Of a DNA stretch of 64,000 nucleotides, positions 16,194 through 24,546 are shown in pieces. Source of the DNA: an uncultured Candidatus Peribacteria bacterium (GTDB lineage: Bacteria > Patescibacteriota > Gracilibacteria > Peribacterales > Peribacteraceae); the NCBI GenBank assembly GCA_964608325.1, contig CAZSMX010000003.1:12371-76370 (forward strand). Reading direction: 5' to 3'. The notes beneath the pieces were generated by a model. It made no database searches. It saw nothing but the letters and a program-made list of their open reading frames with translations, and was not told the DNA's origin. The position numbers and the translations under genes are program-made. Within the stretch, counting starts at the first letter, position 1. Each line of letters begins with the position of its first letter.

Positions 16194-16346
16194 TGGAGCC
16201 GTCCATCAGCCTTCGCTTGTGAGCTTCGGCCGACAGGCCGGGAACCGGCGAGCCCGTCCTTACCCTTCGATTCTCTCAGGGCAAGCCATGGACCTTAAGC
16301 ACTGCCTGCCCGCCATAGCTTTAGCGAAGGCGGGAACTAGGACGGC
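16194..16346 (-). pseudogene. tRNA-Thr-derived unit A (153 nt) with three insertions
   Basis: Retains GCCGTCCTAG...TGGACGGCTCCA, plus internal GTCCATGG and GTAAGGACGGGCTCGCCGGTTC. Insertions are 43 nt (D-arm, containing the hairpin repeat), 22 nt (anticodon loop) and 36 nt (T-loop). Confidence 0.55.
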
Positions 16347-16369
16347 TTATTGGGTTGATATTGAAAGAA

Positions 16370-16487
16370 TGGAGCCGTCCACCGGGATTGAACCGGCGAC
16401 CCCGTCCTTACCATGGATATGACGGCTGTGTGCAGATGTAGTTTTTTTGATGCTCGCTTTCGCTCGCAAGCACTGAGCTAGGACGGC
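16370..16487 (-). pseudogene. tRNA-Thr-derived unit B (118 nt); D-arm/anticodon-stem segment replaced
   Basis: The first 17 nt and last 48 nt are identical to the intact gene. GTAGAGCACG is replaced by 53 nt containing an A7 run. Confidence 0.6.
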
Positions 16488-16510
16488 TTATTGGGTTGAT
16501 ATTGAAAGAA

Positions 16511-16585
16511 TGGAGCCGTCCACCGGGATTGAACCGGCGACCCCGTCCTTACCATGGACGTGCTCTACCACTGAGCTAGGACGGC
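16511..16585 (-). tRNA. tRNA-Thr (anticodon GGT), CCA encoded
   Basis: Hand-folded: acceptor GCCGTCC/GGACGGC, D-arm GCTC-AGTGGTA-GAGC, anticodon arm CGTCC-ATGGTAA-GGACG, T-arm GCCGG-TTCAATC-CCGGT, then T-CCA. Confidence 0.9.
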
Positions 16586-16611
16586 TTGGGGCCGCAATCC
16601 TAACGCATCTA

Positions 16612-17019
16612 TCAGTGGGAATCCACTGTTTCCTGCCAACCTTGGGGTGGTTCTTTCCGATAGGCATGTATTGCGTTGTTAAGCGTATGGAGGCAGAGAA
16701 GGGCGCATTTCATGCGTCTTGCGCCCACAGGTACTCCTAGCATCCCGGTGATCTTCGCGGCATTCCACGCTTCCAGCTCCTCTACCGTTTTGCCCCGTAT
16801 CTCATCGGACAGGATGGACATCGTCGCCTGGCTGATGGCGCATCCGTCGCCCGTCCATCCGATGCCGGCGACAGCGCCGTCTTCGATCAAGAGGTCGATC
16901 GTGAGCGTGTCGCCGCAGCTCGCGTTCAGTTCGGCATGCGAGATTGTCGGAGAGGGGAGGCGTTCCTTTCCGTGGGGATGCTTGTAATGGTCGATGATGT
17001 TCTCCGCGTAGATGTCCAC
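16612..17019 (-). CDS. sufU: Fe-S cluster scaffold / sulfur acceptor SufU (IscU/NifU-like)
   Basis: IIDHYKHPHGK, NASCGD, GDGCAISQA and MKCALL give the three-Cys SufU pattern. GTG start. Confidence 0.85.
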   Translation of the reverse strand: MDIYAENIIDHYKHPHGKERLPSPTISHAELNASCGDTLTIDLLIEDGAVAGIGWTGDGCAISQATMSILSDEIRGKTVEELEAWNAAKITGMLGVPVGARRMKCALLCLHTLNNAIHAYRKEPPQGWQETVDSH

Positions 17020-17023
17020 GATA

Positions 17024-17049
17024 GGGTGAGGGTTGGGAGTAGGGTTAGG
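17024..17049. repeat. G-rich element (GGGTGAGGGTTGGGAGTAGGGTTAGG) between sufS and sufU
   Basis: Four G3 runs with 2-4 nt loops. It overlaps the sufS stop codon. Same motif family as 845-876. Confidence 0.6.
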
Positions 17050-18265
17050 ATCGGAATTTTTTTATGATTTCACGGATAGCCGGGCCTAATCGTTCGATCT
17101 CTTCCGCCGTATTGTAGATACCGACGGACAGACGCGCGCTGGCGGGGATCTTCAACCGATCGTGCAAGGGTTGCGCGCAGTGATGCCCTGCGCGGAGGCA
17201 GAAGCCGTTCTTTCCCAGGATGTCCGTAAGGTCGTGGGGATGGATGCCGTCCGCGGTGAAGCTGATGCATCCGGAGATCTCGTTTGCGTTCTTCGGACCG
17301 AGGACCGTCACTCCCTCGATGGAGGAGAGCGTCTTCAGTGCCGTCTCGAGGAGCAAGCGCTCATGCACTTTCCGGTCTTCGATCGGGAACTGTGCGAGCC
17401 ACTCGATTGCCGCGGCGAATCCCACCGCTTCCGCCACCGGCTGCGTGCCCGCTTCGAATCGCATCGGGATATCCGCGAGTGAAAATCCCTGCATCGTCAC
17501 GTCCCCGATCATCATGCTTCCTTGCATCAGGGGCGCCATCGTTTCGAGGATCTTTTTCTTTGCATACAAGACGCCGATTCCTGTCGGGCCATAGAGTTTG
17601 TGGCCGCTGCATACCAAGAAATCACAATCGATTTTTTGCACGTCGATTACGTCGTGGACGGCGAGTTGCGTCGCGTCGACGAGAACGAAGGCGCCGGCGG
17701 CATGGGATTTTTGCACGATCGCGTCCAGGTCCGGCTTTGTGCCGAGTACGTTGCTCAATCCCGTGACGGCAACGATCTTCGCCTTTCCATCCGCCAGGTG
17801 CGCGTCCAATTCGTCCGTCATCAAAAATCCCTTGTCATCGATATCGATCCACCGGATCTCCAGGTTTTTTTCCTTCGCGACGTGCATCCAGGGGATGACA
17901 TTCGAATGGTGTTCCAAGACGGTGAGTATGATCGCGTCTCCTTCCCGCAGATTCTGCCTCATGCCGTACGCGGCAAGGTTGATCGCTTCCGTGGCGTTCT
18001 TCGTGAAGATGATTTCCTCCGGAGCGGACGCATGGAGAAAAACCTGCACGGCTTTGCGCGCTTTCTCGTAGGCCGCGGTCGCTTCTTCCGCGAGGATGTG
18101 CATGCCCCTGTGCGGGTTCGCATTCGATGTTCGGTAGAAGGTGTCCATGGCATCCAAGACAGCCTCCGGCTTCTGCGTGGTTGCCGCGGAATCCAGGTAT
18201 GCGAGTCCTTTTCTGTTCGTAAAAAGGGGAAATTGCCGGCGGATCGAGGAGGTGTCCAATGCCAT
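17045..18265 (-). CDS. sufS: Cysteine desulfurase SufS (class II aminotransferase family)
   Basis: Trimmed from 18595 to the ATG at 18265 (MALDTSSIRRQFPLF). PLP-Lys motif SGHKLYGPTGIGVL and catalytic Cys in RAGHHCAQP. TATACT lies 9 nt upstream. Confidence 0.9.
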   Translation of the reverse strand: MALDTSSIRRQFPLFTNRKGLAYLDSAATTQKPEAVLDAMDTFYRTSNANPHRGMHILAEEATAAYEKARKAVQVFLHASAPEEIIFTKNATEAINLAAYGMRQNLREGDAIILTVLEHHSNVIPWMHVAKEKNLEIRWIDIDDKGFLMTDELDAHLADGKAKIVAVTGLSNVLGTKPDLDAIVQKSHAAGAFVLVDATQLAVHDVIDVQKIDCDFLVCSGHKLYGPTGIGVLYAKKKILETMAPLMQGSMMIGDVTMQGFSLADIPMRFEAGTQPVAEAVGFAAAIEWLAQFPIEDRKVHERLLLETALKTLSSIEGVTVLGPKNANEISGCISFTADGIHPHDLTDILGKNGFCLRAGHHCAQPLHDRLKIPASARLSVGIYNTAEEIERLGPAIREIIKKFRS

Positions 18266-18274
18266 CGGGGCCGC

Positions 18275-18280
18275 AGTATA
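18275..18280 (-). promoter_or_regulatory. -10 box TATACT, 9 nt upstream of the sufS ATG
   Basis: Minus strand reads GGTCTATACTGCGGCCCCGATG. Confidence 0.45.
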
Positions 18281-18388
18281 GACCAAAAACACGTTTTCAA
18301 CCTCTCGAAAGGTGGGTTTTTGGCCCAGGAAACCGTGACCTGGGCCCGTTCCCGAGATACACTGCCTTCCCGTTAGCCTCCCTCCATT

Positions 18389-21241
18389 ATGAACGACCGT
18401 ACTTTCACCATTCTCCGCTACGCTTTCTTCTTCGCCCTGGTGCTGTTTGGAAGCTTTACCTTCCTGGCATTCCTCGGCGTAGACCAGCATTTGGCCGTCC
18501 TTCTCTCTGCCGATGCCAAGGACGCAATGACGCGGGCCTGCGGAGACAGCGCTTTTTGCAAGCAGTGGTATTCCATCTTCCCTGTCATCACCCACACAGT
18601 TGGGCGATCCGCCCCGTTCGCGTGGTTCCTCGTGTGGAGTCTCGTCGCGTTCGCGGTCGTGCTCATCCGCGGCTACATGCGCGACGGAGACTGGAGGCTG
18701 CGCCTGACGTTCTCTCCCGCAAAGATCCTTTTCCTATTCATCGCTTCCGTGTGGGTGCTGTTCACCATCTATGCCACCGGCAGCAGCGGGTCGGCGGATC
18801 TTCCGCACCGCCGCCTGTTCGATATCTCCCAAGCTCTGTATCCCGATTCCACGCCCGGAGAATTGCAGGCGCTGTCGGACAACCTGGCCGATCTCAAGGA
18901 GCGGGGCTGCCTGCGCACCGTCGGCGCGCTGCAGAACGGAACCGGTAACGCGTATGACATGAAGATGTCCTGTATCCAGACGTCCTTCGTGACGCGAGTG
19001 CTGCCGCAGATGGCCATGGTACTCGTTGTGTTCTTCTCCATGCTCGTGCTGGGAAGCGTCTTGCTGCGCAAGGTTTTGAAGCCGGATTTTCGCACTCCTC
19101 TTCTTGAATTCATGTTCAGTCTGGTAGCCGGCGCATGCGGATACATGGCCATCCTATGGTCCGTTGCCGTGTTCGCGATGTTCATTCGCGTGCCCATCTA
19201 TTCCACGCCGACGGGCTGGTTGTTGGTGCTCGGTATCCCCGCGGCTTTCTGGAGGACGTCCCTGGATTGGTTGAAGAGAGGGTGGAATACGACCTGGAGC
19301 TACGATGCCCCCTGGTACGGCGCGCTCCTGCCTCTCAGCTGGCTCCTGCTTTCCTACCTCGCGTTCAACTTCCTCTCCGTGGTCCGTCCGTTCCCCATCG
19401 GATGGGACGACCTGGGGCGTTACCTGAACCAGCCGCACCTCCTCGTTAGCTACGGGCATTTCATTCCCACCATGCCCACTTTCCAATGGGAGTACATCAC
19501 GTCGCTGGGGTACATGCTCTTCGGATATGACAGCACCTTCGGGGCAACGCTTTCCATGCAGATAAACTGGGCGGCAGGCGTCCTTGCGATTCTCGCAATC
19601 ATCGCATTCGGTTCCGCTTTCTTCGGTCCAGGCGGCGGCATTCTGGCGGCACTCCTGTACTATACGCTGCCGCTTGTGGGGCACTTTTCTTTCGCCGACA
19701 TGAAGGTGGACAACGCCATCTTCGCTGTCGGCGCGATGTCCATGCTCGCTCTGTTCCTCACCTTGTTCCGCACTGCGGATGACGAAGAAACGGGTGCCGA
19801 AGAGCATCCTTGGAGCAACCGGCGTACGTGGATCATTATCGCCGGAATCTTCGGCGGTTTTGCATTCGCGATGAAGGCGACGGCCATCATGGTCGTCATG
19901 ATGCTCGCGTGCGTCCTCGCGGGCGGCATGTTGGGAGGATACGCTTTCACGGGATCAATATTCCTTTCCTGGTTCTTTTACACGCAGCAGGACCGCTTCG
20001 ACGTCGCCGGCGCGTCCCAGCGTATTTTCGGAGATCCTGCCGCCATTTCCCGCCCTCTCGTCATGGCCGTCACCTTCCTTCTGGGGGCCGCCTTCCTGGG
20101 CTACGCATTGTACAAAAAGCGCGGTGGCATCCGACCCGCACTCGTTTCCATCGGCATCCTGGTCGCATCCGTCGTCGCGAGCATGCTTCCTTGGCTGACG
20201 TTCAACAATATTGCGAACGGCAACGTCGTCCCCAACCTTTCGCTGTCCGCGCCCAACACGTTCGCCCCCGTCCTTATTATCGGCAAAGGAGAGAAAGTGC
20301 CGGCGGACAGAAAGGCAGTTGCCCTTCCCGATGACCTGCGCGTGGATATGACTCATGCGGCCTGCGTCTCGACCGCGCGTTCGGAAGAGCTGGACCGCTA
20401 CTGGGGCGAGCATTCCGGTATCGGACATTACCTGACCCTTCCCTGGAGGAGCGTGATGAACCTGGACAGTGCGGGGTATTACGTCACGATGATCCCGGCA
20501 TTGTTGCTTTTCCCGCTCTTGCTGCTCCTTCCGTTCTTCTGGATGAAGCAGGGCAGGTGGTTGCGTTGGTTGTTCGTCGGAACCCTTTTCTTGGTCTTGC
20601 AATGGATATTCTTTGCCAACGGTATCCCGTGGTATGGCATCGGTATGTTCTTGGGGCTCGTCCTTGGCCTGGAGGCCTTCGTCTTGCGCGCCCCGGATAT
20701 ATCATCCGCGGCGGCCGCGTCGGTGTTCCTGGGACTCTCCCTCGTCAGTTCCTTCGGGCATCGCGTCTGGCAGTATGAGATGCAGCACAATATCCTGGAA
20801 TATCCCATCGGCAAGATTTCGGCTGATGCGCTGGAGGAGCGCACGATCACATACTACGACGACATCCGAAAATCGGTGGAAGCGCGCGAGAAAGAAATGC
20901 CGGAGCAGCCGTATCTGTACCGCATCGGCACGTTCATCCCGTACTTCATCCCGAAGAGCCTGGAGCGTATTCCCGTTGCCGATCAGCAGTTGGATTTCTT
21001 CAACTGCATCAATCAAGAACGCGATGCCGCACTGACCCTCAAGAGGCTCCAGGCCCTCGGGTTCAACGCCATCGTATTCGATACGAATACCGATACCATT
21101 GAGAAAGATCCCAATGGAAGCTTGCACCAGAAGGTGAACGCGTTCGCCGACTTTGCCAACACCCAGGGCATCGGTCTCACGTTGGACGTGTATGACCCGA
21201 ACGCCGGTATCGCTTTCATTCTCCTTCCGAAGAAACCCTGA
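18389..21241 (+). CDS. Very large polytopic membrane protein, putative GT-C-fold glycosyltransferase (ArnT/PMT/OST-like)
   Basis: 950 aa with many hydrophobic spans by eye, an acidic loop motif FPIGWDDLGRY and a ~190-aa soluble C-terminal domain. The stop overlaps the start of a Dpm1/GtrB-like GT2 (TGATG). Confidence 0.55.
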   Translation: MNDRTFTILRYAFFFALVLFGSFTFLAFLGVDQHLAVLLSADAKDAMTRACGDSAFCKQWYSIFPVITHTVGRSAPFAWFLVWSLVAFAVVLIRGYMRDGDWRLRLTFSPAKILFLFIASVWVLFTIYATGSSGSADLPHRRLFDISQALYPDSTPGELQALSDNLADLKERGCLRTVGALQNGTGNAYDMKMSCIQTSFVTRVLPQMAMVLVVFFSMLVLGSVLLRKVLKPDFRTPLLEFMFSLVAGACGYMAILWSVAVFAMFIRVPIYSTPTGWLLVLGIPAAFWRTSLDWLKRGWNTTWSYDAPWYGALLPLSWLLLSYLAFNFLSVVRPFPIGWDDLGRYLNQPHLLVSYGHFIPTMPTFQWEYITSLGYMLFGYDSTFGATLSMQINWAAGVLAILAIIAFGSAFFGPGGGILAALLYYTLPLVGHFSFADMKVDNAIFAVGAMSMLALFLTLFRTADDEETGAEEHPWSNRRTWIIIAGIFGGFAFAMKATAIMVVMMLACVLAGGMLGGYAFTGSIFLSWFFYTQQDRFDVAGASQRIFGDPAAISRPLVMAVTFLLGAAFLGYALYKKRGGIRPALVSIGILVASVVASMLPWLTFNNIANGNVVPNLSLSAPNTFAPVLIIGKGEKVPADRKAVALPDDLRVDMTHAACVSTARSEELDRYWGEHSGIGHYLTLPWRSVMNLDSAGYYVTMIPALLLFPLLLLLPFFWMKQGRWLRWLFVGTLFLVLQWIFFANGIPWYGIGMFLGLVLGLEAFVLRAPDISSAAAASVFLGLSLVSSFGHRVWQYEMQHNILEYPIGKISADALEERTITYYDDIRKSVEAREKEMPEQPYLYRIGTFIPYFIPKSLERIPVADQQLDFFNCINQERDAALTLKRLQALGFNAIVFDTNTDTIEKDPNGSLHQKVNAFADFANTQGIGLTLDVYDPNAGIAFILLPKKP

Positions 21242-21909
21242 TGCGCGTGATGGTCGTCGTGCCGGCGTACAACGAAGCCACCCGCATTGCGAGTGTGGTG
21301 GAGAAGGTGCGTCCCTACGCCGATGAAGTGATCGTAGTGGACGACGGCTCGTCCGACGGTACCGCGGAGAGGGCGCGCGCGGCCGGAGCCACGGTCCTGT
21401 CCCACATGAGCAACTGCGGGGCAGGAGCCGCCACCATGACGGGTATCGAGGCCGCCAGGCAGAAAGGCGCCGAGGTCATTGTCACCATCGATGCCGACGA
21501 GCAGCACAACCCCGCCGATATCCCGTTGCTCCTGGCCCCCATCCAAAACCGAGAGGCCGATGCGTCGTTCGCAGACCGCTTCGCCCGCAAGAATTCCATC
21601 CCGGCGGTGCGCCGTGCCTTCAACATGATCGGCAACATCGTCACCCTGCTCGCCACCGGCAAATGGCTCTCGGACAGCCAGTGCGGCTTCAAGGCACTCG
21701 GACCCAAGGCCGTGAAGGACGTAGAGCTGAAGATGAGTGGTTTCGAGTTCTGTACGGAGATGGTAGGCGAAGCCGCCCGCCACAAGTGGCGTGTGGTTCC
21801 CGTTCCCACGAAGGTCGTGTATTCCGAATATTCCCTCGCCAAAGGACAGTCCTTTGCCAATGGCGTGAGGACGGCGTTTAAGATTCTGTTGAGGTCGTTT
21901 CTACGTTAG
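21241..21909 (+). CDS. GT2 glycosyltransferase, polyprenyl-phosphate sugar synthase-like (GtrB/Dpm1/ArnC class)
   Basis: VVVPAYNEATRI, VIVVDDGSSDGT and TIDADEQHNP (DxD) in a short 222-aa soluble form. Confidence 0.8.
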   Translation: MRVMVVVPAYNEATRIASVVEKVRPYADEVIVVDDGSSDGTAERARAAGATVLSHMSNCGAGAATMTGIEAARQKGAEVIVTIDADEQHNPADIPLLLAPIQNREADASFADRFARKNSIPAVRRAFNMIGNIVTLLATGKWLSDSQCGFKALGPKAVKDVELKMSGFEFCTEMVGEAARHKWRVVPVPTKVVYSEYSLAKGQSFANGVRTAFKILLRSFLR

Positions 21910-21952
21910 GGTTAGGGATAGGGTTTGGATGCCTAACCCCAACCCTATCCCT
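21906..21952. repeat. Telomere-like G-rich / C-rich inverted repeat
   Basis: TTAGGGTTAGGGATAGGGTTTGG atg CCTAACCCCAACCCTATCCCT. AGGGATAGGGTT pairs with AACCCTATCCCT (12 bp). It also creates in-frame TAG stops at 6-nt spacing. Confidence 0.7.
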
Positions 21953-21988
21953 TCCAATCGCTTTCCCCTTATACTTCTACCTGTTCAC

Positions 21989-22345
21989 ATGACCCTCACT
22001 CCCTACCAGATCATCGTTCCGGTCCTGTCGCTCGTCGCGATCCTCTACGCCTGGACCCTCGCGCGCCGCCGCAAGAAGACGGTGTGGGAGGCCATCTTGT
22101 GGACGCTCTTCTGGGGTGCCATCGCCTTCATCGCGTTCGAGCCGGGCATCGTGTCGTACCTCACCGTCATCACGGGTATCAAGAGCCAGGTGAACGCCAT
22201 CCTCGTCACGTCCATCGGCATTTTGTTCTTCATGATCTTCTACATGATCATCCGCTTGGAGGAACTGGAGCAGCGCCAAACGAAACTCATCCGCGACATC
22301 GCGTTACGCGAGGCTGGACTGCAGGCGAAGGACGAGGAGAAATAA
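21989..22345 (+). CDS. DUF2304-like small membrane protein (usually partnered with GT2 enzymes)
   Basis: Trimmed to the ATG at 21989 (MTLTPYQIIVPVLS). Four hydrophobic spans then LEELEQRQTKLIRDIAL. TATACT lies 13 nt upstream. Confidence 0.6.
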   Translation: MTLTPYQIIVPVLSLVAILYAWTLARRRKKTVWEAILWTLFWGAIAFIAFEPGIVSYLTVITGIKSQVNAILVTSIGILFFMIFYMIIRLEELEQRQTKLIRDIALREAGLQAKDEEK

Positions 22346-22357
22346 CAACCGCATCCC

Positions 22358-23497
22358 ATGAAAACCATCCTGCTCATCAGCCCGTACTGGAAGGAGCCGC
22401 ACCGCTGGATGGTGAGCTCCTACAAGCTTGCCGAACTCTGGCAGCGGCTGGGCTACCGCGTGGTGGTCGCGTGCATGGGGAGCGAAACCAAGATTGAAAA
22501 GCCGTCCGACACGCTCACGGTCCATTTCAAGAAAGACATCTTCCTGAAAGATCCGTGGAACTACGGCATCTGTGTCGGGTTCTCCGGCTTCGTCCGCAGA
22601 CTAGTCGCGTCCGAAAAACCCGACGTCATTGTGTGCAACAAGCTGCTCTTCTGGTCGTCCCTCGCCGTGATCCCGCTCACTCTCGCCGGACATAAGGTGA
22701 CGGTGATCACCGACGCACTCGTGGGCATGACGTGGTGGCCGCGCGGGTTCGTCCCAAGGTTCGCCGCTCGCATCTATGCCTGGACGCTCGGCTGGCTCAT
22801 CCTGGCTTGCGCTCAGCGCGTGGTGTTCTTCCATCCGCAGCCGGAAGGGTTGCTGAAGGCATTGGGCGTCGCCGCGAAGAGCCGCGTGATCCCCACGGGA
22901 ATTGATGAGAGGAAGTATGGGCCTGGGGCGTGGGGCGTGGGGAAGAATGACGTAAGCCGAGAGCCTACGCCCGACGCCCCACCTCCCGTTATCATCACGT
23001 ACGTGGGACGCTTGGAATCCGTGAAGGGGGTCGATGACTTCCTGGCCGCTGCCGCCCCGCTCACCGAGGAGTACCCGAACCTGAAAGTGCAGATCGCCGG
23101 CCGTTACGAGGAGGGAAGCCCGCTCGTGCGGCAGTACGAGAAGCAGGTGCACTTCCTGGGTTTGCGCGACGACGTACCGGCCATCCTGGCCGCGACGGAT
23201 ATCTTCGCGCTCGCCAGCTACAGCGAGGGTCTCAGCAATGCCGTCATGGAGGCCATGGCCAGCGGCTGCGCGCCCGTGGTGTCCGATGTCGGCGGCAATA
23301 CGTATCTCATTCAGAACGGTATCTCCGGCCTCCTGTTCCCCGCGGGAGATCGGGAGGCGCTGCGATCGCACCTGAAGCGTCTCATTGATGATCCCGCGAA
23401 GAGGCGTGCCATCGGCAAAGCGGCATGGGAGAGGATCGAAGCCGAATTCAGCTGGGAAAAGGTGGGGAAGATGTACCGCGAGTTTTTCGAAGCATGA
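22358..23497 (+). CDS. GT4 (GT-B fold) glycosyltransferase
   Basis: YVGRLESVKG and the EX7E region SYSEGLSNAVMEAMASGCAPVVSDVGG. Confidence 0.85.
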   Translation: MKTILLISPYWKEPHRWMVSSYKLAELWQRLGYRVVVACMGSETKIEKPSDTLTVHFKKDIFLKDPWNYGICVGFSGFVRRLVASEKPDVIVCNKLLFWSSLAVIPLTLAGHKVTVITDALVGMTWWPRGFVPRFAARIYAWTLGWLILACAQRVVFFHPQPEGLLKALGVAAKSRVIPTGIDERKYGPGAWGVGKNDVSREPTPDAPPPVIITYVGRLESVKGVDDFLAAAAPLTEEYPNLKVQIAGRYEEGSPLVRQYEKQVHFLGLRDDVPAILAATDIFALASYSEGLSNAVMEAMASGCAPVVSDVGGNTYLIQNGISGLLFPAGDREALRSHLKRLIDDPAKRRAIGKAAWERIEAEFSWEKVGKMYREFFEA

Positions 23498-24546
23498 AGA
23501 AGATCGTCATCCTGTCGGCCTTCCTTTCGCCATTCAGAAGCGGTGCGGAGGCGTGCGTGGAGGAGGTGCCGCCGTTGCTGAAAGACCGGTTCGATTTCAC
23601 GATCGTCACCGCGCGCCTGCGGTCGGATCTTCCCACGAATGACGTGATCAACGGCACCCCCGTCGTCCGCGTGGGGTTGGGCTTCGGTTTCGACAAGTGG
23701 CTCTTCCCGTTCCTGGCCCCCTTCGCCGCGCGCAAACTGAAGCCCGACATCGTCCATGCCGTCTTGGAGTCCTTCGCCGGGTTGGCGCTCGTGTTCTGCG
23801 TGTGGGCAGTGCCGAAGGCGAAGCGGATCCTCACGTGCCAGAGCACGAACACGTCCTTGTTGGTCGGGGAAATGCATAGAAGCGCGGACGCGGTGACGGT
23901 CATCAGCAACGTGCTTTTGCAACGCGCCAAGAAGTTCGGCAAAGAAGCTGCCTTGATCCCCAACGGCATCCACTACGGGGCGATCCGCAAAGCGGTCGAA
24001 TCGAACAACCAGTATCCCGCGCGCATCCTGTTCGTGGGGCGCCTGGAGCCGATGAAGGGCGTGGATACGCTGCTTGCGGCGGTGTCGATCTTGAAAGAAG
24101 ACGGCACGCACTTCCATCTGCGCATCGTCGGCGACGGGTCGCAGCGCGAGTCGCTGGAGGCGATCAGCCGGTCGCTTGGGTTGCAGGATGACGTCACGTT
24201 CGTCGGTGCCAAGAAACACCACGAGGTGTTTGACGAATACGCCCAGGCCTCCATCTTCTGCGGTCTTTCCCGCAGTGAGGCGCTCGGCAACGTCTTCCTG
24301 GAGGCGCAGGCCGCGGGGTGCGCGGTGCTGGCGACCAACGTCGGCGGCATCCCGGACGTGGTGAAAGACAGCGTGACAGGCTATCTCATTCCTCCCGACG
24401 ACGCGCAAACGGCACGCAACGCATTGGGGGTCCTCCTAAAACATGACGCCCTGCGCGAGCAGATGGGGGAGGCGGGGGTGGAGAATGCGAAGCACTACGA
24501 TTGGCCTGCAATCGCTGAAATGTACGCCGGGGCGTATCAGGACTGA
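23494..24546 (+). CDS. GT4 glycosyltransferase
   Basis: Trimmed to the ATG at 23494 (ATGA overlap). FVGRLEPMKG and SRSEALGNVFLEAQAAGCAVLATNVGG. Confidence 0.85.
   Translation: MKKIVILSAFLSPFRSGAEACVEEVPPLLKDRFDFTIVTARLRSDLPTNDVINGTPVVRVGLGFGFDKWLFPFLAPFAARKLKPDIVHAVLESFAGLALVFCVWAVPKAKRILTCQSTNTSLLVGEMHRSADAVTVISNVLLQRAKKFGKEAALIPNGIHYGAIRKAVESNNQYPARILFVGRLEPMKGVDTLLAAVSILKEDGTHFHLRIVGDGSQRESLEAISRSLGLQDDVTFVGAKKHHEVFDEYAQASIFCGLSRSEALGNVFLEAQAAGCAVLATNVGGIPDVVKDSVTGYLIPPDDAQTARNALGVLLKHDALREQMGEAGVENAKHYDWPAIAEMYAGAYQD

Noticed and set aside
16194-16487. Intron-containing tRNAs (group I or archaeal-type BHB introns) for units A and B
   Set aside because: The inserts (22-53 nt) are far too short for group I introns. 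In unit B the insert replaces 10 essential nt, so excision cannot restore the D-stem and anticodon stem. Unit A would need three separate excisions, one of which is a dispersed repeat copy. The rest of the window is clearly bacterial. Kept as a finding only as tRNA-derived units.
15643-16600. Integrated mobile element at tRNA-Thr
   Set aside because: No integrase, excisionase, transposase or phage gene is visible. The repeated tRNA pieces include the 5' end and identical spacers, which looks like tandem duplication rather than att duplication. Retained only as a low-weight alternative explanation.
17045-18595. N-terminally extended versions of many track ORFs (sufS to 18595, gmd from 54409, KpsS-like to 38440, GT2 to 25799, hisH-like from 38362, neuA from 44517, wecB from 33167)
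   Set aside because: The extensions overlap neighbouring genes or promoters, translate to low-complexity sequence, and often begin at non-ATG codons. Internal ATGs coincide with family-typical N-termini, with ATGA/TGATG coupling, or with a -10 box 6-10 nt upstream.
18389-21241. Confident call of the 950-aa protein as an oligosaccharyltransferase (PglB/AglB)
   Set aside because: I could not find a WWDxG-type motif or other OST signatures by eye. Only a generic GT-C-like acidic loop and the pairing with a GT2 support a glycosyltransferase role.
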